Shown here in pieces: positions 43,236 to 52,604 of a DNA stretch of 64,000 nucleotides. The DNA comes from an uncultured delta proteobacterium (GTDB lineage: Bacteria; Myxococcota_A; Polyangia; Polyangiales; Polyangiaceae). The translations under genes and the position numbers were made by a program. Within the stretch, counting starts at the first letter, position 1; each line of letters starts with the position of its first letter. The stretch covers positions 160,001 to 224,000 of the forward strand of contig CAWJCS010000005.1 in assembly GCA_963841435.1 (NCBI GenBank), read 5' to 3'. The notes under the pieces were generated by a model. The model was not told the origin of the DNA, did not search any database, and was given only the letters and a program-made list of their open reading frames with translations.

Positions 43236-45083
43236 ATGGCATCGACCCGCTATCATTCGCACCAACTGCTCGTCCCGATCGCGCTCGCGGCGCTCGCCGC
43301 CGGCTGCGGCACCTCCCGCGGCGCCGGCCCGTCGGAGGAAACGGCGTCGGAGGCGCTCGCCATCGCCACGCCGACGTTCGCAGCCGAGGACTGCGTGGGT
43401 CACGACGACGAGGACGATTCGGCCACGCTTCGCGAGTTTGCTCGGAGGCCCGTGAGCTTCCACGGCAAGCGACGCCCCGAGGGCCGTCAGGTGCCCGTAA
43501 AGATCTTGGGCATCAACGACTTTCACGGACAGCTCTCGCCGAAGACCGTTTCGGGGCGCCCGGCCGGCGGCGCGGCCGTGCTGGCCTCGTACCTGAAGGC
43601 GGCCTCCGCGGACATCGAGGGGAGGACGGTCATCGTCCACGCGGGCGACCACGTCGGTGCGTCGCCGCCGAATTCGGCGCTCTTGCAGGACGAGCCGGCC
43701 ATCGAATTTTTGAACTCGCTCACGCGGCACTGCACCGGCCGCCGCAGGCCGAACCCCGACTGCAACGTGATCGGGACGCTCGGCAACCACGAGTTCGACG
43801 AGGGTAGGGACGAGCTGTTCCGGCTCATCGACGGCGGCAACCACGCATCCGGTCCGTTTCTCCAGGATCCCTGGAAGGGCGCCCGGTACGGCTACATTTC
43901 GTCGAACGTCGTCGACGCGAAGACCGGACGCACCATCCTGCCGCCGTACGCCGTGCGCCGCTTCCAGGGTGTCCCCGTGGGGTTCATCGGCGCCGTGCTC
44001 AAGGAGACGCCCACCATCGTGACGCCGACTGGCGTCGCTGGGCTCTCGTTCCTCGACGAAGCCGAGGCCATCAACGCGAACGTGAGGGCACTCCAGCGTC
44101 AGGGCGTGCATGCCATCGTGGTGCAAATCCACCAGGGCACGGGGCAAGCGAGCTACACGGGCCCGACCGATGCCGGTGCACCGCCCCCCACCGGGGCGCT
44201 CGCCACCATCATCGACGCTCTCGACGACGACGTCGACGTGATCGTCGCCGGCCACACGCATCAGTTCACGAACGCGCTCGTCCCGAATCGGAACGGCAAG
44301 GAAATGCTGGTGACGCAGGCGTTCTCGGCGAGCACGGCCTACGACGACATCGATCTCGTGCTCGACTCGAAGACGCGCGACATCGTGTCGATGACGGCCT
44401 CGATCGTCACGACCTGGGGCGACGACGGTCCGGGGTTGACGCCCGACCCGGCCATGACGGAGCTCGTGGCGCAGGCGGACGCCCTCGTCGCGCCGCTCGT
44501 GAGCCAGGTCATCGGTCAGGCAGCGACCGACATCACGCGCACGCAGTCGCCCGCCGGCGAGTCGGCGCTCGGCGACCTCATCGCCGAGGCCCAGCGCGTT
44601 TCGATCGGCGCTGATTTCGCGGTCATGAACCCGGGCGGGATCCGCGCCGATCTGACCGCCGGCACCGTCACCTGGGGTCAGCTCTTCACGATCCAGCCCT
44701 TCGGCAACACGGTGGTCGGGCTCACGCTCACGGGCCAGCAGATCGTCGATCTCTTGAACCAGCAGTGGGGCGCGCCGCAGCCAGTGGGCGGTCGTCTGCT
44801 GCAGATCGCCGGCTTCGGCTACACCTGGGATTCGTCGGTGCCCGAGGGTGGTCAGCGCATCGTCGAGGTCCACGATGCGGGCGGCAACCCACTCAGCCTG
44901 ACGACCGCCTACCGTGTCGCCGCCAACAACTTCATCGCGGCGGGTGGCGACAACTTCACGGTGCTGAGAAGCGGCACGAACCAGGTCGGCGGCCCTGTCG
45001 ACCTCGACGCGTTCATCGCCTACGTCAGCGGCCTGACGCAGCCGTTCTCCGCCGCGATCGACGGGCGCATCACGATGAACTGA
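43236..45083 (+). CDS. 5'-nucleotidase / bifunctional metallophosphatase lipoprotein
   Basis: RBS AGGAGG; lipobox AAGC; INDFHG, AGD, LGNHEFD, IHQG, AGHTH, MNPGGIR, QPFGN. Confidence 0.95.
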   Translation: MASTRYHSHQLLVPIALAALAAGCGTSRGAGPSEETASEALAIATPTFAAEDCVGHDDEDDSATLREFARRPVSFHGKRRPEGRQVPVKILGINDFHGQLSPKTVSGRPAGGAAVLASYLKAASADIEGRTVIVHAGDHVGASPPNSALLQDEPAIEFLNSLTRHCTGRRRPNPDCNVIGTLGNHEFDEGRDELFRLIDGGNHASGPFLQDPWKGARYGYISSNVVDAKTGRTILPPYAVRRFQGVPVGFIGAVLKETPTIVTPTGVAGLSFLDEAEAINANVRALQRQGVHAIVVQIHQGTGQASYTGPTDAGAPPPTGALATIIDALDDDVDVIVAGHTHQFTNALVPNRNGKEMLVTQAFSASTAYDDIDLVLDSKTRDIVSMTASIVTTWGDDGPGLTPDPAMTELVAQADALVAPLVSQVIGQAATDITRTQSPAGESALGDLIAEAQRVSIGADFAVMNPGGIRADLTAGTVTWGQLFTIQPFGNTVVGLTLTGQQIVDLLNQQWGAPQPVGGRLLQIAGFGYTWDSSVPEGGQRIVEVHDAGGNPLSLTTAYRVAANNFIAAGGDNFTVLRSGTNQVGGPVDLDAFIAYVSGLTQPFSAAIDGRITMN

Positions 45084-45097
45084 GCACGCCTCGGTGA

Positions 45098-45129
45098 GGC
45101 TCGGGGCGGCAACCGTGTCGCCCCGAGCC
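45098..45129 (+). terminator. 14-bp hairpin after the nucleotidase gene
   Basis: GGCTCGGGGCGGCA-ACCG-TGTCGCCCCGAGCC (one G-U pair); no U-tract. Confidence 0.45.
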
Positions 45130-45263
45130 ACCCAGCGTTCATCGTTCGGTCAAAATGCCACGACGCTCCGCCCGAAATGCGGTCGAGCGCTCCTAACGCT
45201 CGAGGCGCATCGAGAAACTTCCGGACGTTCCCTTCCAATTGGATGAGGAGCGTGCTTGTCTAA

Positions 45264-46499
45264 GTGATCGTGCGATACGCGGTGTCAGGCGGGCTCACCG
45301 GGCTCGTGCTGGGATTGTTCTCGGCATGTGCGGGCCCGAGCCATCACGCGGCGCTGCCGGTGCCGCAGGCGACCGCCAGCGCGACACGGGCGGCCGAGAG
45401 CTCGGCTCCGCCGCCGGCCGCGTCACGGCTCACGCCGGAGCCGTTGGCCTCCGCGGTGGCCGCGCCCTCCCCGACGCCGAGCTGCGGCATGCCGGCCTCG
45501 CTCGTGGCAAGGGGCTGGCGCCGGGAGCTTTCGCCGACGAGCACCGAGGAAAGCCCGGCGTTCGTCGCCGGGTCGATCACGCTCGCCGTGCTGCCGGACA
45601 CCCAATACTACGTGGACTGCCGCTCGCCCCATCTCGAGGCCCAGGCGGCCTTCATCGCCCAGCAGGCGGCCGAGCGCACCATCGCCTGCGCCATCACCTT
45701 GGGCGATCTCACCGAGCACAACACGCCCGCGGAGTGGGATTTTTATCGTGAAAGAGTGAGCTCGCTCGCACAGCGTGTGCCGCTCTTGCTCGTCACGGGC
45801 AACCACGACGAGGGCGAAGGGGGCACCGCCAACCGCCGCGCGACGCTGCTCGGACGCTACTACCCGACCGCTCCAGGCAGGGCGAGCGAGGTGCTCACCG
45901 AAACGGAGCGGCCCGGCGATCTCGAGAACGCCTACTATCGTCTGGCGCTCCCCAAGGTGACGCTTGGCGTGCTCGCGCTCGGCTGGTCACCCAAGCGAAG
46001 CACGGTAGCATGGGCGAACGGCGTCCTCACCCGTCATCCGACCGACCGCGTGATCGTGGCGACGCACGCCTACCTCTACCAAGACGGCACGCGCTACGAC
46101 TACGCGAAGAAGGGCGCGGCGCAGGAATGGAATCCGCTGAGCTACGCGACAGCGCGAGTGCCCGACGGCGACGAAGCCGACGCCGCCTTCGACGGCGAGA
46201 TGCTCTGGAACGAGCTCGTCAAGCGCCACCGTGGGGTTTTCCTCGTGCTGAGCGGCCACGTGCTCGGCACCGGCACGAGCGTGCTCGAGAGTCGCGGCGA
46301 GCACAAAAACCTCGTCGAGCAGGTCCTCGTCAACTACCAGATGCTCCGCGAGGGCGGACTCGGTTACCTGCGTCTCTTCGAGGTCCTCCCCGACGGCAAG
46401 ACGCTCAGGATGAAGTCCTACTCACCGTCGCTCGGGCTGTTCGCCAGGGAGCCCGATCAGGTGGGCGACCTGACGATCGATCCGCCGCTTTGGCGGTGA
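45264..46499 (+). CDS. Calcineurin-like metallophosphoesterase lipoprotein
   Basis: Lipobox FSAC; LPDTQYY, LGDL, GNHD, THAYL, SGH, NYQ...GG.GYLR. Confidence 0.9.
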   Translation: MIVRYAVSGGLTGLVLGLFSACAGPSHHAALPVPQATASATRAAESSAPPPAASRLTPEPLASAVAAPSPTPSCGMPASLVARGWRRELSPTSTEESPAFVAGSITLAVLPDTQYYVDCRSPHLEAQAAFIAQQAAERTIACAITLGDLTEHNTPAEWDFYRERVSSLAQRVPLLLVTGNHDEGEGGTANRRATLLGRYYPTAPGRASEVLTETERPGDLENAYYRLALPKVTLGVLALGWSPKRSTVAWANGVLTRHPTDRVIVATHAYLYQDGTRYDYAKKGAAQEWNPLSYATARVPDGDEADAAFDGEMLWNELVKRHRGVFLVLSGHVLGTGTSVLESRGEHKNLVEQVLVNYQMLREGGLGYLRLFEVLPDGKTLRMKSYSPSLGLFAREPDQVGDLTIDPPLWR

Positions 46500-46503
46500 A
46501 GCG

Positions 46504-47949
46504 TCAGGGCAAGTAGCGGACGCCGGAATTGGTGAGGAGCGCTCCGTCGCGCCCGCCCCAGACGACGATCTCGCCCGCGGCCCGGCCCACCGCACCGAAC
46601 GCGTGGGACGCGCCGCTGGGCCAGGCCTCGATGTCGGACCACTGAGCGCGATCGGTGTCGTAGATGCCGCCGTCCGTCAGGTAATTCCCAGGCCCGCTCA
46701 AACCACCGAGCACCATGAAGAGGTGATCGTCGACGGCCCACGACCAGCCGGATTCGCCGCGTGACGCGTAGCGAGCGCTCGGCATGGTTTGGCCGGGCAT
46801 TTCGCGGAAGCGCAGTGAATCGTAGTACATGCCGTCGTCGAACACGTTGTCGATGTCACGGCCGCCCCAGACGTGGAAGCGCCCGTTCACGAACGCGCCG
46901 AACCCGCCCCAGCGCGGAGAGAGCGTCGGGTTCGAGCGCGCGCTCCACGAGTCGGAGCCGAGCGAATAGTACAGAGCGGCATCCGACGCGCCGGTGCCAC
47001 CCCTGCCGCCGAACACCCAGAAGGTACGATCGCCTGCCGCCCAGCTCGGATCGGTGCGACGCGAGGGCTCGGAGCGGTTGTCCGCGATCTCCCAGGTGTC
47101 GGCATCCGGGTCGTAGAGCTCGAGCCCGGCAAGCGTGTCGCCAGCTTCGTCGTTGCCTGCCCAGAACAGCACCACGGTCGAGGTCGCCACGCCGATGGCT
47201 GCGGCGCGCGGCGTGCTCGCGGGTGCCATCGGCTGCCAGGTGTCGTCGACGGGATCGTCAATCGCGCCGTCGGCATAGACGGTCGGGCCCGACGGTTCGA
47301 GCCCGCCGAGCACGATGACGACCGAGCCCGTCCACACGGCCGTGGCGTCACAACGCGGGCTCGGGCTGCCCTCTGTGCTCACCATGTGCCAGCTGTCGGT
47401 GCGCGGGTCGTAGAGCGCGCCGCTGCTGAGCGGCGTCCCGCTTTCGTTGAGGCCACCCCACACGAAAAGCTGGTTGCCGAGCGAGACCGACGCCGCCCGC
47501 TCGCGCGGAGAAAAGCCACCTGGGGGCGCGGCGGTCGACACCCACCCCGTCTGGCACTCGGTGTCGCAGACGCGCCCGGCGTTGCACTCGACCTGACACG
47601 GCGCACCCGCCGTGCCGGCGGTGCCCGCCGTACCCGCGCCGCCCGCGACGTTGCCCGTCCCCGCGCCCTCGCCCGCGAACCCTCCCGCGTCGATACCGCT
47701 CGTGCCGCCCAGGTCGGTGGCGTCACCCGCCATGGCACCGGACCCCGCGCTCGTTCCCAGAGAGCCCCCGGTTGCACCGGTGCTCACGCCCGCTCCACCG
47801 CTGCCCGAAGTCGACGGCGCAGCCTGAGCGTCCGGGCGGATGAAGTAGTCGTCCGTGGGCGGGCACGCCGTGAGCGCGCACCCGGAGCCGAGCGCGACGA
47901 CTCTGAGCGCCAGCGCGAACGGGCCGGGTCGCGACACCTTGCCGCTCAC
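46504..47949 (-). CDS. Kelch-repeat lipoprotein
   Basis: Lipobox LTAC; repeated R...A.VW....VWGG....G..YDP..D.W blades. Confidence 0.88.
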   Translation of the reverse strand: MSGKVSRPGPFALALRVVALGSGCALTACPPTDDYFIRPDAQAAPSTSGSGGAGVSTGATGGSLGTSAGSGAMAGDATDLGGTSGIDAGGFAGEGAGTGNVAGGAGTAGTAGTAGAPCQVECNAGRVCDTECQTGWVSTAAPPGGFSPRERAASVSLGNQLFVWGGLNESGTPLSSGALYDPRTDSWHMVSTEGSPSPRCDATAVWTGSVVIVLGGLEPSGPTVYADGAIDDPVDDTWQPMAPASTPRAAAIGVATSTVVLFWAGNDEAGDTLAGLELYDPDADTWEIADNRSEPSRRTDPSWAAGDRTFWVFGGRGGTGASDAALYYSLGSDSWSARSNPTLSPRWGGFGAFVNGRFHVWGGRDIDNVFDDGMYYDSLRFREMPGQTMPSARYASRGESGWSWAVDDHLFMVLGGLSGPGNYLTDGGIYDTDRAQWSDIEAWPSGASHAFGAVGRAAGEIVVWGGRDGALLTNSGVRYLP

Positions 47950-48925
47950 CTAAAAGCGTCCTTCCACGCGGAGCGCCGCTGGCGCCATGCGCACCGCGAC
48001 CTCGCCGTGCCGATCGGACGCCGAGAAGAGCAGGTACGAGCCGGCCGCAGCGCCGGCGATGCCGACGCCGAACCCGACGTAGCTGAGCGTCCGGTTGAGG
48101 CGGTAGGCGTCGAGCGTATCCCGCGAGCTTGCCGGGCAGCCGGTGTGGCACGTCGCGTCGAGATCCGACTTCTTGCCGAGCGCAACGACGCCGGTGATGG
48201 CGCCGAACACGACGCCGGCGCCACCCGCCGCGAAGGAAGCAATCACGGGGACGTTCGGCCCGCGCTCCGGCGCCGGTGGGGGCGCGAACGTCGCGGGCGG
48301 GGGCGGGGGGCGCGGAGGGGGCGCTGGTGGCGGCGCGAGATCGATCACGACCTCTTGTCGCTCGCCTTCCGCGACGGAAAGGTCCCGCTCGTCGAGCACC
48401 TTCGCGAAACGGCGCACGCTGACGTGGTGCGCTCCCGGGTCGAGCGGGGCGTCGACGCCCACGAGCGCGCGCGGCAGAACGCGATCGTCGAGCACGACTT
48501 CGGCTTCGTTGCTCTCTCCCGAGAGCACGATGCGCACCCGCGGCAGCCGTTGCATCAGCACGGCGAGCTCTTGCGCGGCGTCCGCGGAAGCCCGCTGGAA
48601 CGCCGGATTGTTGGGGTCCTCCGGGGCGCTCTGAATGGTGGCATAGCGATCGACCGCCTCGACCCAGCGCCCGAGCTCGACGAGTGTGCGCGCCTGCATG
48701 AGGGCGATCGTCGGCGCCGGAACGAGCGACGCCGCGCGCTCGAAAAGAATCGAGCGCGCGCTCGTAGTCCTTCTGTTCGAAGGCGTCGGTGCCTTCACTC
48801 GCAAGCGAACGGGCGGCCGTGCGCGTGTGCGAGTCGAGCTCCGGCGGCGGGTCGGCCGCGAGCGCCGGGCGCATCGAGAGCAGAAGCAGGCAGCACGAGC
48901 CAACCGGCAGGACGAGGCGTCTCAT
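47950..48925 (-). CDS. Exported TPR + PEGA-like protein, frameshifted at about 48748
   Basis: Signal peptide and TPR start in ORF 47723-48925; FERA..LV.APT..L..AR.L..LGRWVEA and LDPG.H.V continue in ORF 47950-48903; joined as ALDLFER. Confidence 0.85.
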
Positions 48926-48927
48926 GG

Positions 48928-50419
48928 TCAGAAGCCGAAGTTCTTGATCGCCTTGGGCTGCACACGGGCGGAGCCGACTGCGCGGCGAGTGGGCTCCGGC
49001 GCCGCCGGCCTCTCGGCGCCGGGCTCGGCAGCCTGTGTCTCGGGCGCGGACAGCGCCCGCGGGGTGGTGACAGTGACGCTCGGCGGCGGCGCCACTCGGG
49101 GGGCCACGAGAAGGGCCTTCGTGGGCTCGGCGACCATCACCCCATCGGGCGCGCGCTCACTGGAGCTCGCCCGGCTCGTCACCATCAGCGTCACGACGAT
49201 GCCCGCAACCAGGCCCACGGCGGCGAGCACGAGCGGGGCGGGGCGCCGCGCCACGCGCCTGAGCGACAGGCGCACGCGGGCCGTCGCTCGTGCGAGCGAG
49301 CTCACCCCGGCGTCCTGCGTGGGGATGTCCGAGCGGTGCCGGGACGTCGAAGAGCCGCGAGGCGGCGCGTCGGTGGGTACCTCGGGGCGCACGCCCGAGA
49401 GGGCACCGTCGAGCCAGAGCGCGCGCACGGAGTTGCCGCAAATGTCCTCCTTGACGCCGTGCTCGTAGAGCCACAGCGCGAGCGCCTCGCCGAGCTCGGT
49501 CATGCTGCCCCAGCGATCTTCGAGCGACTTTTCCAGGCCCCGCGAGATGACCCGCCAGAGCTCGCGATCGCACGTGCCAAGCTCGGTGGCGGGCTTCGGG
49601 TCGTCGTTGACGATCGACTGGATGAGCGCGTTGTAGTTCGTCTTTTTGAACGGCAGCTCGCCCGTGATCATCTCGTACAGCATCACGCACATCGACCAGA
49701 ACGTCGGTGCGTGCGTCGATGTCCTGCGAGCCGAGCGCCTGCTCCGGTGACATGAACTCCGGGCTGCCCAGCACGGCACCCATCTGGGTGAGCCTGCCGT
49801 TAACGGGCTGCTGGTCCACCTTGGCAATGCCGAAGTCGAGGAGCTTGGGTTGCTGGCGCCCGAGTGGATCGGCCGCGATGAAGACGTTCTCGGGCTTGAT
49901 GTCGCGATGGACGATGCCCTTCTCGTGCGCACAACGGATGCCGTCCGCGAGCGGCAAGAGCAGCTGCACCGCGCGGATGGCGCCGATGCGTGCCTCGCGC
50001 TGCAGGAGCGTCGCCAGCGTCTCGCCCTGGGCGAGCTCCATGACGAGGAACGGGTCGCCGCGCGTCGTCCAGCCGAAGTCGAAGACGCGCACGAGCGCCG
50101 GATGCGCGAGGCGGGCCGCAGCGTGCGCCTCGCGAACCATGCGCGACGACTGCCCGGGGGCCGCTGCGCTCGCGCGAATCAGCTTGAGCGCGATGTCAAC
50201 GCCGAGCACGAGCGAGTGGGCAACCCAGACGACGCCCATGCCGCCCTGCCCGAGCTTGCGCACGAGTCGGTAGCGGTCGCCGATCACGTCACCCGCGAGG
50301 TACTGCACCTCGTCGGGCGAGTCGCGCCGTGGCAGAACGCTCTCAGGCTCTGGCGCAATCGGTTCGCGATATTGCGTCCCGACGAGGAACGGGGCTTTGC
50401 GCGAAACGGAGGTGGTCAT
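48928..50419 (-). CDS. Membrane Ser/Thr protein kinase, frameshifted at about 49700
   Basis: GQGGMG, IALK, HRDIKPEN, DFG, GSPEFMSPEQ, DARTDV|WSMCVMLYE after removing one base; TM near the C-terminus. Confidence 0.92.
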
Positions 50420-50693
50420 GCCTGGAGCGACGGGGAGTGGATCGGGGTGGGTCGAGCTTGGCGGTGCGCGGGGACGGCGTCAGACACAACGGCCCAGCGT
50501 GCCTCGTAGAGTACGTCATTTCCCGTCTCGTCGCCGTAGCGGCGAGACACGCCAGCGAAGAAAAACGAGTGCCCACATCGACCCGCATGTGGGTGACGAA
50601 CGCCGCTCTCGGCACCTTCGACCACCCGCGCGACGACGGCTATGCTCCTCTCGCGTGCTCGTTCTCGGCCGGTTCGGAAACGCGAAAGGACGC

Positions 50694-51065
50694 GGGATCG
50701 TCGCGTCGCTGCTCTCGATCGCGGTACTCGGCCGCGGCACGGACGCCCCGAAGCCCGCGAACGTCAGCACGCGCCCGGAGGATCTCTACGACTCGACCCG
50801 CTGCTGGGGCTGCCACACGGATCACTACGAGGAATGGGCGAGCAGCATGCACGCGTACGCCGCGCGGGATCCGGTGTTCCTCGCCATGAACCGGCGCGCG
50901 CAGGTAGAGACGGACGGCGCGCTCGGCTCGCTGTGCGTCGGCTGCCACGCGCCCATGGCGCTCGGCGCGGAGGCGGTCAACGGCGACCACAACAACCCCT
51001 TGCGGCTCACGGGGGACACGACGCTGCGCGGCCGCAGCGCCGATCATCTCGGCGGCGGACCGTAA
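50694..51065 (+). pseudogene. Remnant of multiheme cytochrome (c554-like) gene
   Basis: CWGCH..HY.EW..SMHAYA..DPVFLAMN and CVGCHAP, then an early stop; no clear start; VLGRG where a lipobox Cys is expected. Confidence 0.65.
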
Positions 51066-52528
51066 AGTGCGCGGGAGCGTCCGCGGGCGGTCCAACGAGC
51101 GACCACGAGCACGAGCCCCGCGCAGAAAAGCCACCTTGCGGCCGGCGGCGAGCGTCGCCCACCCACGCGACAGCCGCAACCCGTGCTCTTGGGCTCGACG
51201 GGTGGTGCGGAAGCGTCGACGCCCGCGTCGTCGTTCGGCGCGCCCGCTCCGCCAGTCGTGCAGTCCGCGTCGAGTGGCACACCGCCGGCGTCGAGTGGCA
51301 CGCCGCCGTCGGCATCGCAGCTGCCGAGCACCGTGCACGACACCGGCCACTCGAACCGGCACACGCCGCCGGAGGTGCACGAGGGACAGTCGAGCGGCGC
51401 CTTCACGTCCGTCAGCCTGAGCAGCGGCTTCAGCGGCTGTGGTGCATCGAAAGCGAAGTCGAGCGCCTGCGTGAAACCGAGCGCGTACGCTCGCTCCGCC
51501 TGCGACGTGCACACGTAGATTCCGTTCGGCGACCAGGTGAGGCACGACACCGAGCCCGGCAGGATGCGCGTGAAGGCGTTGTCGCCCGCGGGGCCGCGGT
51601 AAAGGCCCAGGGCGTCGAAATCGACCTGCCGTGACGCCTCGACCGGGTCGCCGTAGCCGAGCAGCACCTCGCTTTCGTCCGGCGAGAGCGCGAAGCCGAG
51701 TAGCTTCGCTTTGGCGCGAAAAATCTCGTGGAAGCTCGCGCCGCCGTCGTCGGAAAAGAGGAGCCCGTCGTTCGCCTCGACGACGGACTCCGCGTTGGTC
51801 TGCCAAAGGTTCGTGCGCAGATAGACGACGTCGGGATCCGTGGGGCTCACGGCCGCGATGTACGGCGTCTCTCCGGCGGGGAGCGGCAGGGACGTGACGG
51901 TCCAATGCGCGCCGGCGTCGTCCGAGCGCGCGAAGACCGAGGGGTCTTCGAGCCCGAGGCCCGAGACGTAGTAACGGTTCGCATCGCTCGGCGCCACGTC
52001 GAGCGTGATACCGAGCGTGAGCAGGTCGGCGGGCAGCGGGGCGCCCTGCACCTCGAACGTCTTGCCAGAATCGTGCGAAGCGTAGAGCTGGTTCACGCTG
52101 CCCGCATCGCCACGCTGGACCATGAGGGCAAGCACGTGCGACCGGTCGGCGCGATCGAGCGTGAGGTCGACGACCGAGTCGGTGCGACCGCCACCGAGCA
52201 CGGGAACGTAGTCGCAAAACGGCGGCTCCGAGCGATTCACGGAGTGGGACGTCCGCACGAGCAGCGCGCCGTCCGCCGGCAGCTCGATGAGCGGATCGAT
52301 GTCGTCGTAAGCGAAAGCGAAGCCGAGCTCGCACATGTGACGCCACTCGCCGCCGCGGTCATCGCTGAAAAGCAGGCCGTATGTGGCCGAAAGGACGAGC
52401 TCGTCGGGATCGCCGCCGCGCTCGAGCAGGCGCTGGGCGCGCGGGAAGCGCCCGTTGGCGCGGGCCGGCGGTGCAACGCTCGTCACGGCGAGCAGGGCGA
52501 CGAGCATCGAGCCGAACGCACCACGCAT
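51044..52528 (-). CDS. Exported BNR/Asp-box beta-propeller protein with MYXO-CTERM-like tail
   Basis: ARA|NGRFP; S.D.G..W/F repeats (SDDRGGEW, SHDSGKTF, SDDAGAHW, SDDGGASF); GCGCRV + TM. Confidence 0.85.
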   Translation of the reverse strand: MRGAFGSMLVALLAVTSVAPPARANGRFPRAQRLLERGGDPDELVLSATYGLLFSDDRGGEWRHMCELGFAFAYDDIDPLIELPADGALLVRTSHSVNRSEPPFCDYVPVLGGGRTDSVVDLTLDRADRSHVLALMVQRGDAGSVNQLYASHDSGKTFEVQGAPLPADLLTLGITLDVAPSDANRYYVSGLGLEDPSVFARSDDAGAHWTVTSLPLPAGETPYIAAVSPTDPDVVYLRTNLWQTNAESVVEANDGLLFSDDGGASFHEIFRAKAKLLGFALSPDESEVLLGYGDPVEASRQVDFDALGLYRGPAGDNAFTRILPGSVSCLTWSPNGIYVCTSQAERAYALGFTQALDFAFDAPQPLKPLLRLTDVKAPLDCPSCTSGGVCRFEWPVSCTVLGSCDADGGVPLDAGGVPLDADCTTGGAGAPNDDAGVDASAPPVEPKSTGCGCRVGGRRSPPAARWLFCAGLVLVVARWTARGRSRALYGPPPR

Positions 52529-52604
52529 GGCTCTTGGCCGTACCACAAACCTCGACCTGGGCAGTCTTGGAAGGCAAGATCCCGAGCGGCGCGCGACGGC
52601 GCGC

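Noticed and set aside
46873-49755. Very long opposite-strand ORFs (960 aa here; 944 aa at 57966-60800; 753 aa at 54315-56576)
   Set aside because: They lie antisense to well-supported genes and have no motifs.
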